From positions 391,477 through 455,476 of the forward strand of contig NW_027192200.1 of NCBI RefSeq assembly GCF_041956535.1: a stretch of DNA of 64,000 bases, given 5' to 3'. The stretch comes from Calcarisporiella thermophila CBS 279.70 (lineage: Eukaryota; Fungi; Calcarisporiellomycota). Positions 24,733-35,465 of this stretch are shown one piece after another. A program made the position numbers and the translations under genes. Under the pieces are notes generated by a model. The model was given only the letters and a program-made list of their open reading frames with translations. It did not search any database and had not been told where the DNA came from. Each line of letters begins with the position of its first letter. Positions within the stretch are counted from its first letter, which is position 1.

Positions 24733-25861
24733 AACCAGTCGCATCTAGACCAATTATTGCTATCTACTGGTAAGAAAACCTTGTCATATAACATCTAAAT
24801 ATTATATTATTAGAGAACGCGAAGTCTCATTGGACTCAACATATGACTCGAACGACTGCATTTGTTCCCACTCCCGATTCTGTTTGGATGGGATGACCTT
24901 GAGTACTCTTTACAGTTATCAATTGATTTGAGTTGTGGGAAAGTTTAACTATTGTTTTACCCGATATGACTTCAATCTTCGTTTTGGCTGCATTGAAAGA
25001 GAAAGCGAATCTCACCCATAAACATCCTTCCGTCGAGGAGGAAGTAGGCTTGCAATTTAATAAAGTTGCATCCGACATCTCTATACCTGGAGGAATTGTC
25101 CAGGGTACATGGAATAGCTTGGTAAAGACTCAGACCTTCGTGGATGCATCTCACGAATGTTGATCCACAGTTACGTCTACTCTAAGGCTACATAGAAGGA
25201 GGCTCTCACTGACACAAACAGAATATCTGATGTATTATATCTGATTGCAAATTGCCGACCGAAGAATAAATTTCAAACCAATACAAATTTAGAATAATTA
25301 ACCCTGCCAAATTAACATTCTCTTTCCACTACTAAGCACGTATGGAGATTGTGAGAGTGTTCTAACGCCCTCAACTCCGCCCAAGAACTTGAATGAGTCG
25401 AGCTCCTCTTTGGCGTCTTTACCGGACCTTCGGAGCAGCTGCATGCTCCGCATATTTTGTTTGCAAACTCTATCATACTATTTCTAAAAATGGGGAATCC
25501 AGCATGGAAAAACAAAGCAGGTATATCTGGACTTTTCCACACTCGCTAGAGTTCTTCGTTATTGTGTTCATGAGAGGTGGTAACCATTTCTTAATATGGC
25601 GTCTAATCCATACACAGACCCTTGCTTCTCTTGAATAAATGCTATTTTATATGAACTCTATTAAATTGCAAACCTTCTATTGCTTTCGAATCATACAATA
25701 TGAAAATTCTGCAAGCACGGAGTCTTTTCCATATGTCAGAGCAAAGCTTTCAATGAAAAGTTCTCGTCACCCTTGATTTAAGCCCTGCGACTTTTTCCCA
25801 AATCTTTATAAATACCGCGCGTTTTTCGCAAAATCAACCAAAAACCAGAACCAATTTCAAT
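24733..25861 (+). repeat. Duplicated upstream/promoter cassette, copy C (precedes intact peptide gene)
   Basis: Colinear with about 22050-23340. TATAAATA at 25807-25814. Confidence 0.8.
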
Positions 25862-26044
25862 ATGAATCTTATTAAGCAATTCTTGTTCGCGTCTGTTGCA
25901 GTTTTCGCCGTAGTCAACGGGATCTGTGTGAGACGTTGCGATGAATGCCCTCGAGGAACCCATTGTGAAAATGAACCACTGATTTGTCGAGATGAAGGCT
26001 ATCCACCAAATTATCATCTTCTTTGCGTTGGGGGGGATTATTGA
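25862..26044 (+). CDS. Small secreted six-cysteine peptide (60-aa precursor), copy 2, intact
   Basis: 20-aa hydrophobic signal ending VNG, then mature ICVRRCDECPRGTHCENEPLICRDEGYPPNYHLLCVGGDY (C-x3-C-x2-C-x5-C-x6-C-x12-C). Paralog 1.3 kb upstream. Confidence 0.8.
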   Translation: MNLIKQFLFASVAVFAVVNGICVRRCDECPRGTHCENEPLICRDEGYPPNYHLLCVGGDY

Positions 26045-26855
26045 AATAGTTTTGATGCACTTATATTTCGAAATCACATATTATTCTCCATATGTTATTT
26101 GGTTTATCAGGTTTTGTGGAAGCTTAAGCATGTTGACTAAATAACAATAATAAACAGGAGGCGGCTCCGACTTAATTTCTATACTATATCTTGGCTTCCT
26201 TTTATATATATGGAACAAAATAATTAGCAGAGTTAAAATATATAAATTGGATAAGAGAACAATATACATGATTAATACTTTATAGGCAACTAGATAAATA
26301 TAGGTGCCCAGCAAAACATTGGATAACCACAGCACATAATAAGCGTGGACGACCATACTGCGATATACACGAGCATAATACCATTAAGCAAGCGTTTCAT
26401 TCTTGTACATTCAATTGCTACAATTCTATGAAAATTATAGGATATATTTCCAAACTTATAACTGGCTATTCATTATGAGCTGTGAAAATCAGTTAAACAA
26501 GTCGATCCCAGTATAAATTTCTATAATAAAGAAGATTAAATGATATAAGGACAACTACTGAGTATTTGACCAAAACCACATTACACTGTAATATATGCTG
26601 AATTCTTATTAGGGAGAGGAGAGGGACATTTTTCTTTATTTTTGAGTTGAAAAATGAAAACCTGACACAATAAAATATTGGTTTGCTATTATTATTTTGA
26701 TCCAAATAATAAAATATATCCTCTCTAGAGAGGACATTTTATATCGACTACGGCACATATATGCGTACATGGGATATATACGCGCGAAATAAATAGCCAA
26801 GTTCGAAGAGTCGAAATGGAGGGAGAGGTTTAGGCTCTAGAAAGCACCCGACCAA

Positions 26856-28045
26856 CTAGAGAGGCCGCTGTCCGCACACAATCACAATGGTGTACATCAG
26901 GAATGACCCCTCAAGCTCGGCGATCTCGATTTCGTCGACAATCTGCTGCACATGTGAAGCGTCGAGAATTTCCCCTTCCCAACCTTGGGGAGGCCCAATG
27001 GGAGCCATGTGCTTTTTTAGCTGTGACGCCATCCCTGATATACTCTCGAACGCTTTTACCTTATTCAAGCGGCCCAGCTCGGTGCTTTGTCCAATTGGGA
27101 GCGGATAACGAGCAATATGCAAGTTTGTGAGGCCAGCGGCACGAGCACGGTCTTCAAGATGATCACCGGCTTGTAAATCGAATCCGCGTTCCTGGAACAT
27201 CTGTGATACTATTGCGATGGAAATACAAGAGAGTGATGAGAACCCATAGAAGTTGCATTGAATTCTGAAGGCTACACGTTAAAGCGTACACATCCCCATT
27301 CATGGGCAACGCCTCCCTCCATATTCTAGAGATGGCGTTGTCCAAACACGGGCAAAATACTCACAGGCTCTCCTGTACCATAAGAGATTTGGCAAAGATT
27401 CGGGATATTTCTCTTGGAAGTTCCACTCTGCCAATTGCACCCAGCCTCCAGGGCGCGTTACGCGTACCAGCTCTGTAAGTGCTGGTCCCCATTGCTGCTG
27501 CGATAATGCTCCAATAAGAAGGCGCTGATGCACCAGGTCAAATGCTCCATCTTCAAATGGTAATCCATCTAAAACATTGGCGCGCAAAAAGCGAGTGTTC
27601 GGCGGAGAGTGTGTTGGAAAGCCGTGGTCGCTAATATCGACTCCAATCACCTGCGCGTTTGGATATTCGCGGGCGACTTCTATCGCCCAAGTACCAGACC
27701 CCGTCGCCATATCGAGTATCTTACCTTCAGAGGTATTTAGACTCTCAATGGATTTGGGGACGTGGATGTTCTTACTATTTATTGCCGAGGTATAGATCAA
27801 ACATGAGAAAAAGTATGGAGAAGTGATTTAGTCATTTTCAGTAAGAAAAGTGAATTGAAGATGTTCTTTGCATCCAATCAATTTCGTTTTCTTCTTTCTC
27901 ACCTATCACTCGCCATTTTTATAATACGATGTTGGGCAATCAATCTCTCGATTTCTCTCTTGTCGCATGGTAGAATATAAGCTGATCCCTTTACCTTGGC
28001 AAACTCTCGGTTGCCTTGTACAGTTACTTCGGTCTCGTGGGTCAT
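26856..28045 (-). CDS. Class I SAM-dependent methyltransferase (LaeA-like family)
   Basis: Exon 1 YILPCDKREIERLIAQH, motif I ILDMATGSGTW, VIGVDIS, GLPFEDGAFDLVHQRLL, ELVRVTRPGGWVQLAE. Two introns. Confidence 0.9.
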
Positions 28046-29201
28046 GCTGAGAAGTGATGAAATCTAAGGAGATGTTAAAACAGAACTGGTGCAAGTACAA
28101 TGAGGAAGTAGGGAGGAAAAAAGAGTTCTCGTTCCACTCGTAGTGGAACGAGAGCTTAGCGTGAGTCAGATTAAGTCTCTGCAAAACACATTGATTTCAC
28201 CGCCATTGAATACAAAATTACACAGCCACATCTCCCCACAAAAAGGATCCTGAGGTCGGTGCTTTCCTCGAATTTGGTCCAAACGCGAAGTCTACTGCGA
28301 TTCGGAGTTACAACATGAGGCCTCATTGTGCAAGAGTAAGGGTGGTCTTAAGTTAAATGCTCACAAAGTTTATCAAGTATACTTGCAGAGCTGTTAAGGA
28401 GGGGGGGCCGTTCATCACAATCCTATTTCCCAGCTACGAGTGAATGTATGCTTTCTGGGCCGGCCATTGCTGAAAACCCACTTGGTTATAGTTCTGGCTC
28501 TATCAACTCAACTCTTTGCTGCTCTTTGCTTGACTTAAATTCAGATATTCTCTGTCACTAAGGTCACTTTTGAACATACCCAATACCCTCACTTTACTTT
28601 ACCTTGTAGTTCACTGGCACAGCTCCAACCTCTGGTTAAGCGAATTCGGCTGGTAATTTCACAGCACTGATACGTACCATGATCACGCCACGCACATACT
28701 GTGTACCAAAAGTCCAAGGTAGCATGGGAAAAGGATTCTCCTTTGCCTCTGACAAAAATTTTTTAAGAAAGTTCGAGATGCTAGGTAGTGCAAGTCGAAT
28801 AGGAGATTTTCGTGTAATTAACCTGTGTTCTACCGTGACACTCCCCACTTTTCTCACATACCCCGAGATGCGAAGGTTATGTTTAGAAAATAGAGGGGGA
28901 TCGAGAATTTACTATTGTAGTGTCAAAAGGAATATGTATTTAGAAATACTATCCAATAAATATATTTACAATCCACTCATAACAAGAAATGTCGCAACAT
29001 CGTACAACCTCCATTCCTCTGTACACAACAAAAGTCAATGAAAATATCTAAATAACTACAGACTAAATAAGATGAGGGCGATTGGAGTGAATAATAGCAA
29101 TAGGGGAGGAGAGGGAATAGAGGAAACAAATAGCTGTACAATAAAAACGAAGCAATACGCAAGCAATAGAGAAAATGATAAACCAAAAAATCGAGCCACT
29201 C

Positions 29202-29450
29202 TTAATATGCCGGGGAAATAGGGTTGTATCCATGCGTATAGCCTCGTATTGTTGCTTGTGTGGAAATAGGTGCCTCACGGCAATATGCAAACTTACGAGC
29301 ATTATTCCGAGAGAAGAGGGTCTTGACGGCAGCTAGCGTCTGTGGACTTGGCGTTGTGTGTGCCCCGTCCATTTTGCGGCAGGTTGCGCTGCAGTAGAGA
29401 TCAGAGCCGTTTGTACGCTGATTGCAAAATGTGCACCAGGAGTCATCCAT
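29202..29450 (-). CDS. Ecl1-like (extender of chronological lifespan) zinc-binding small protein
   Basis: MDDSWCTFCNQRTNGSDLYCSATCRKMD fits the Ecl1-family C-x2-C...LYCS-x2-CR-x2-D motif. Confidence 0.75.
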   Translation of the reverse strand: MDDSWCTFCNQRTNGSDLYCSATCRKMDGAHTTPSPQTLAAVKTLFSRNNARKFAYCREAPISTQATIRGYTHGYNPISPAY

Positions 29451-30972
29451 GATCGGTTGGTTGTTCAAAGGTTTATGGAATGGAGAGAAGCAAAGAGCGC
29501 AAGAAAAAAGGAGCTACGCGTTATTGGCTCACAGAAAAAGTCGAAAGGTGCAGAAGTAGTTGGCAAAGTAATAGAGTCTAGGGCCGGTTGCTCTTGTGAA
29601 AGACGGCAAGCAATATACGTGAGTATATATATATTAACTCGGGTGTTAAGTTGTATACAAATAGGAAAAAATTTGCGAGTCTGTTAGGGCATTATATATT
29701 AGGGCCACTGCCAAAATAATTTCAAAAAATGCACCGAATAAAATATGAATAATGTGATGAAAATCGGCCGCGATTGGCCCGCCCTCAATGAGTCAATAAT
29801 GACGAAAAATTTTCAAATACAAGACAAATTATTAAGCTATCTGCATCGATTCGATCGGTTGGCAGAAACTTGAGCTCCGCAGCAAATGATTTCCCCCCCC
29901 CAACGCGGGCTTCATGGCGGCATTTCACCAAGATCCTTTGCACTCTATGAGCCGCTGAAGGATTGGCCATTTCTCCTGCCAAATCCCCTAGCCGATGCCC
30001 ACCCGACCCGCTCGCTCTCTCTTTGCTCACTTTGTTAACAGTATGCGAAATATGAGCCCATCATTCCTCCATAGTCGTCAAAAAAGGAAACTCCTTTCAA
30101 GACCCTTAGAAAAGTCCGCTTGCCGAATGTGTCAATGCAACGCCCATGCATAATCACGGAATATACTTTGGTTGATGATTCCAGATTCCAAACCAAGATC
30201 TTCGTTATCCCGAGATGGATAGGCTCCAAGAAGAGCTATCTCGAATAGCTTTAGACTCAACTTAGCCAATAGTTCAGGCACATATCGGGCTTATATTTAC
30301 TTATGTAGGAGGTAACAGCCCACTCTCGCCAACTGACACTCCCCTATCCTTTTTCCTCTAAAATGGTTCCAGCCTAGATTAAATGCTACCCCCCAGGCAT
30401 TTTTCTGCTCAAGGTCCAAGTTACAAATCAGAAACCGACCAACAAGAGCTTGCCGAAATTTCTAGCTTGGGGTTCTGACCCCGGGGGATTATCTTCATCC
30501 GTGGAGGCTAACTTAAACCTCTCCTAGTTTCCCTCTAGAAGATTCCATCTTTAGTTTGACGGCATTACTATGCTTTTGTGGCAAATGCCTGCACGTGCTA
30601 TTCCAACTCTCTCCCTTTTTTCCTGCATCTGTGTGAATTAGCTCAGAGCCCGCTTCTCATCTAATTTGTAAACCTGTCAAAATTCGGTCGAGTAAAGTCC
30701 TAGCATTATGAGCACTATGGGACAGTATCACAGCAGCAGAGGGAGGTGTTGGAGATAATGGGTTAGCATTCCTATTTTTGCTTTAACAACAGAGGAGAGT
30801 ACAACACGCAGATATACAGTGCTTGGAGCAACAAGGATAAGACATATCGGATCCGGTGGAATAGAATATAAGGATAAAATAAAGATATAGATAATGGTAG
30901 CCATGATACTAATTAATTGAAAAAATACTTCAACAGCATATGCAAGTTCTCTTTCTATCTAGGTGCGTTTAA

Positions 30973-32113
30973 TTATTGCGAAATGCGAAACTTGTCCACC
31001 CAAAAGGACATGGGTCGCGGCGGTGACGACAGAGGTGACGAGAAGGGTGACGACGTGGGGGGTTCATCGACCTCCGTTGACTGTCTGGGCCGCTTACCAG
31101 CAGAAATGGAGCTCTTTTCTTCCTGCTCTCCTAGCCGCTTACTCTCTCCCACTTGAGATCGACTCCCTTCGCCCCTAGCCACTTCAAAGTTAATTTCGAA
31201 CAAGTCCTCCGGGCAAGCTTCACCCAGGAGGCCTCCTTCTGGAGTCCTCTTTCTTTTCCTTTTCAGGCTCAAGTCTCCCATTCCCTCTCTCCGCTCACCC
31301 TCCAGGGTTTCAAAACCCTCTCCCATCGACAACGCACGCAGCCCTGTCTCCAACCGTCGTCTAGTTGGGCTCAAATCCGCCTTGATTCTAGGAGATTTAG
31401 TCGGGGTCGGAGGGGGAGGTGGCGTATGGTAGCGCTGCGAGTTCTGGGGAGAATTTTCCGACGGGCCACTTTCAGACGAGGTATTGGTTAATACAATCGA
31501 CACCAAGACTGGAGAGGAAGGAGGAGGCGTTTGTAACTGCGCCGTTTGTCGTGCTGCCGAGTTCGAGGGCCCCACGACTGGTGTTAGTGCAGTAGTCTCC
31601 TGTGGGGCATCTAGATGGGTAGCATGTAATTTCGAAGAGGACTCGATCTGCGGTAAATCTTGGGGTGATGTGGGTGAAGTGCCAAGAAGCGGCGATGTAG
31701 AGGTGGCGTGATTGGAGGAAGAAGTGGAGGCCTGGGGTTGATCCACGTGATTATGACAAGGAATGGCCGATCTCCCCAGAATCGAGTTTATGTGGCTAGC
31801 GATTTTCCATCGTGTTTTTGGTCGTAAGACCTGAAAAAAAAAATAAAACTCCATATATCAATAGGAAACAAAATTATCCCCCAACATCGCTGATGCTTGC
31901 CTGCACTCGAATCGGGATCCGATGGCATTGTCTGTCTTGGCACTGCACCTGTAACATTCGGGGATGTCGAGCTAATTCGCTTGAAATCCAACATCGAACT
32001 GTGCGCTCCTCTGGGCGGCGTAGACACGTACAACAGTAAACGTTGGGTGGAATGATGATGTTGAGCTTGGTGGGTAAAGAAGCTTCCCACTGCGCGTATT
32101 CTTGATCATCCAT
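30973..32113 (-). CDS. Hypothetical protein; N-terminal Cys/His cluster, Ser/Pro-rich disordered C-terminus with NLS-like KRKRKR
   Basis: Exon 1 MDDQEYAQWEASLP...CCTC...CQDRQCH, intron about 31831-31900, then the 293-codon exon. Confidence 0.65.
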
Positions 32114-32398
32114 TTGACGCTGAAATAGCCAGAATAAAAGTAAATATACGTGTTAAATGGGATTCAAGCGTTAATTAAAAAAAAAAACTTACTGTTGACA
32201 ATTCTATATATATAACGCGCTCGGTATTATTAAAAAAAACGGTGGCAAATCATATCGGGAATTCGAATTTTTCTCCGTATTCCTCCCTCAAGCCTCCCAT
32301 AAACAAAATCGCCTACATTCTCTAAGCAATATTTGTTTGGCTTGATCACCTCGTCAACGTCAACAGATCATATCAGTAGATATATCAGCCTTATCATT

Positions 32399-32711
32399 AT
32401 GACAAAACCATCCGATATATCCTCCTCAACCCAATCCACCCCCTCAGCCCACAAATCTAACAAGGAGCTAGGTGCCAAACCCCATCGTTGTAATGAGCAT
32501 CTCGAGGCATTCATTACTGGATTCACAAGACATCCTATGGAAATCAAGGAGCCCTTCAAAATATTTTGGCAATGCCTGAGATCGGAACCTGGGTAAATAT
32601 AACTGTTGGACGGATGCGTCTCGAACTTTGCTCCATCTTATGACCCTTTGTATTTACGTATTTCTTCTATGTTATGACAGGAAAGAGCCAGAACCATACC
32701 GGTTTTCATAA
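32399..32711 (+). CDS. Small hypothetical protein (about 75 aa)
   Basis: MTKPSDIS...HRCNEHLEAF...FWQCLRSEPG, GTAAAT...ACAG intron, short last exon KEPEPYRFS*. No family recognised. Confidence 0.45.
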
Positions 32712-32915
32712 CTTATGAATATTTCTATTAGTGTAATGTTATTGACAAAATAGAGAAAAACGAAAAAAAATAATAACCCTTGTAAATAGAAGAGAAAAAA
32801 GAAGGAAAAACAAAAACCATTGTAAATAGATAGGAGAGAGGAGGAAAATAAGGTTACCCAGAAAAAAAGACACTATTGTTCATAACATTATCAATAAGCA
32901 TAGTCTCTAAATTGA

Positions 32916-34316
32916 TTAATTCTTCTCCAAGTACTCAATGAGCCCAGCAGGAGCCAGACCCTCATAACACACGCGATATACACTTACAAACAGTGGATAG
33001 CTAGAAGAGGTGAAATCAGATAAAAATTAGAAATCCTCTTTGGAAATCTCCATCAAATATGCCACGTACTCTTTGACCATCTGCTTGTCCTCCAAGATGC
33101 TGTACACCTCCTTTGCCGTTAATGTTCCCTGGAGCTTCTGTCCGTTCAGCATTTCCTGCTCTAGCTGCTCAAAGGACTATCCCGTTTGAACAGAAAGTAA
33201 GCTTACCGACCCGAAACTGAGCACGTCAATAGAAAAAAAAAAGAACATACCTTGCCGGTCAAAACGTGCGCCTCGGCCACCTTGCGATTCCGTCCTCCGT
33301 AGCACGTCGTGATCAAATCCGCTACCCCACAGCTTTCAAAGAACGTTTCACTCTTGACTCCAGGATAGAAACTCTGCGAAAACCGCTTGATCTCCATCAA
33401 CCCTATTCGAATGATAGCGGCCTTTGTATTATCACCTAGTCGCAGTCCGTCCACAATGCCTGCCGCCACTGCGACAATATTTTTAAGGGCACCACATAGC
33501 TCAACACCATTACTGTCCTCGACAATCGAGACGCGGAATGATGGAGTGTGGAACAGCATCTGGTAGAGATCCCCGCTTTCACGGGTGCGACAACCAATGG
33601 TGGTCTCGCAGAATCGTTCCATGGCGACCTCAGAGGCAATATTAGCTCCGGAAAGCACCGCCATTTCAATTCCAAGTTCGCGGTGGATGATATCACTAAT
33701 CAATTGAAGACCTCCTTCAGAGGTGTCAACACCCTAAAGGTGAAAAATAGATGCTTATAGCCTCACTCTATATATGTATTCTTATGTATCGATGAACTCG
33801 TACCTTAATGAGAGAAATCCCTCTGCAGCCGGGGGCAATGTGTCCTCTAATATCGCTGCACACCTTCTTCACAAACTGCACCAGACAAACTATAGGTCAT
33901 CACCACAATCCAAGTGCATATTTCTCAATTTAATTTTTCTTTTACCTGGTGGGGAACGACAAACACCAGCACATTGGCACCAAGACATGCCTCTTTCAAA
34001 TCGGGAACAGCAACAACATTCTCTGGAAGCTTCACTCCCGGTAGATATTTGACATTCTCATGTTTCGTGTTGATAATGCGCGTCAATTTCTCGCCCTCCA
34101 CCATTTCCTCAAAGGTCCACATACGGACCTCAGGGTCGAACAATGGCGCATGGCGCACGGTATTGTTACCAATGATTTTGGCAATGGCAGAGCCCCTGTA
34201 GGACATTATAATTACATTGAATTAATGGCCATGAATTGACATTAAGAGTTAACATGAAAAACAAGCCCTCACCAATTTCCGGAGCCAATAAGGGCGACTT
34301 TATGTAAGTACTTCAT
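32916..34316 (-). CDS. GPD1: NAD-dependent glycerol-3-phosphate dehydrogenase
   Basis: IGSGNW|[68 protein letters not shown]. Several GT-AG introns. Confidence 0.97.
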
Positions 34317-35465
34317 GGTAGTGGTCTTCGTCCCCGATGGAATGGCGTGTGAAGTGAACAAGGAGCTGCAAACTATGTGAAGAGGGAATGCGCAAAAAGA
34401 AAGGAAAAAGGAAAAAATATGCAAGAGCTGTTTCAAATGAGTTTAAGGGACAACGGACTGAAATAAAAACAATATATACATTTCAGAACTTTCAGATCTT
34501 TCATATGTCACGCCCGGAGGCAGTCGGGCGCCATCAATTCTAAGCAAGAAGAGGAGCAAGCGAGGACAAGGAAAAACTAATACAAGAGATTTTCGGGACA
34601 TGAAAATGATAGAGCAAAAATTTCAAGGTCGGAAGCCGCGAAGATTGGGATTCAATTAGGCAAATAATCAATCGAGGAGGTCTATAGCGGAATGGATGTG
34701 TGATTCTAAGATAAGGGACCAATTGCAGCTTCTAGGCAATGATGTCAGCAGAAAATTGCAATCATCAGCATAATGAGCGATTTACTGCCTATTGGACTCA
34801 CTCAGCTAATTTGGCCTTGTCAATCCCTTCCACTCCTTCCCGTAGAGCGGGCATGGCGAGGAAAGGGGCCAGAGAAACCCTCAAGGATGTGAGCAGAAAA
34901 GCTGACCGAGACGCTCGGCTATTTCGATTGCTCATATTAAATCCTAATGACTTAACCACTCGGCTCGTTTATCGATCCAACCGCTTGGGAGCTTTTGAAC
35001 CAACGACTTTATTAGGTGGCTCGAGTGACTCTCCTCCTCACCACTTATTCGAGAACCCTAAAGTAGTTATCGAACCGGAATCAAGCTGCACGGAGTCTTA
35101 TTCAAACCTTAGTGAAAAGCCAGATAAAATTAGAATAAGCTTTCAGTTAGCATCGGACACACCGATATTGAAAAATGGGCAAGTGTTCTCGGTCTCAGGC
35201 TGGTGAGGAAAAAAATAAAATAGGATTAAATTGATTTATTATACAAACTGAAGGCATCAGAAAAATAAAGTCTCTAAAATGAAGAAGAAAAAGAAGAAGA
35301 AGAAGAAGAAAAAGAGGCTGAAGGAGATAAAAGAAACCGATTGATGGGTACTCAGTTCCTAAAAATTTATAAGGAACAAAAAGAGTGAAAAAGAAAAAGT
35401 AATAGTGGCTGAGTATCGAAAAAAAAGGATGAAAGGAAGAATAAAATAGAAACCAAGATCGGGTC

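Noticed and set aside
24258-26077. Paralogous minus-strand ORFs (154 aa and 99 aa) over the peptide genes
   Set aside because: Their similarity follows from the DNA duplication. Signal peptide, Cys conservation and TATA orientation all support the plus strand.
34739-35206. 155-aa ORF between GPD1 and PRP22
   Set aside because: No recognisable motif or coding bias. It lies in the GPD1 upstream region and is not supportable as a gene.
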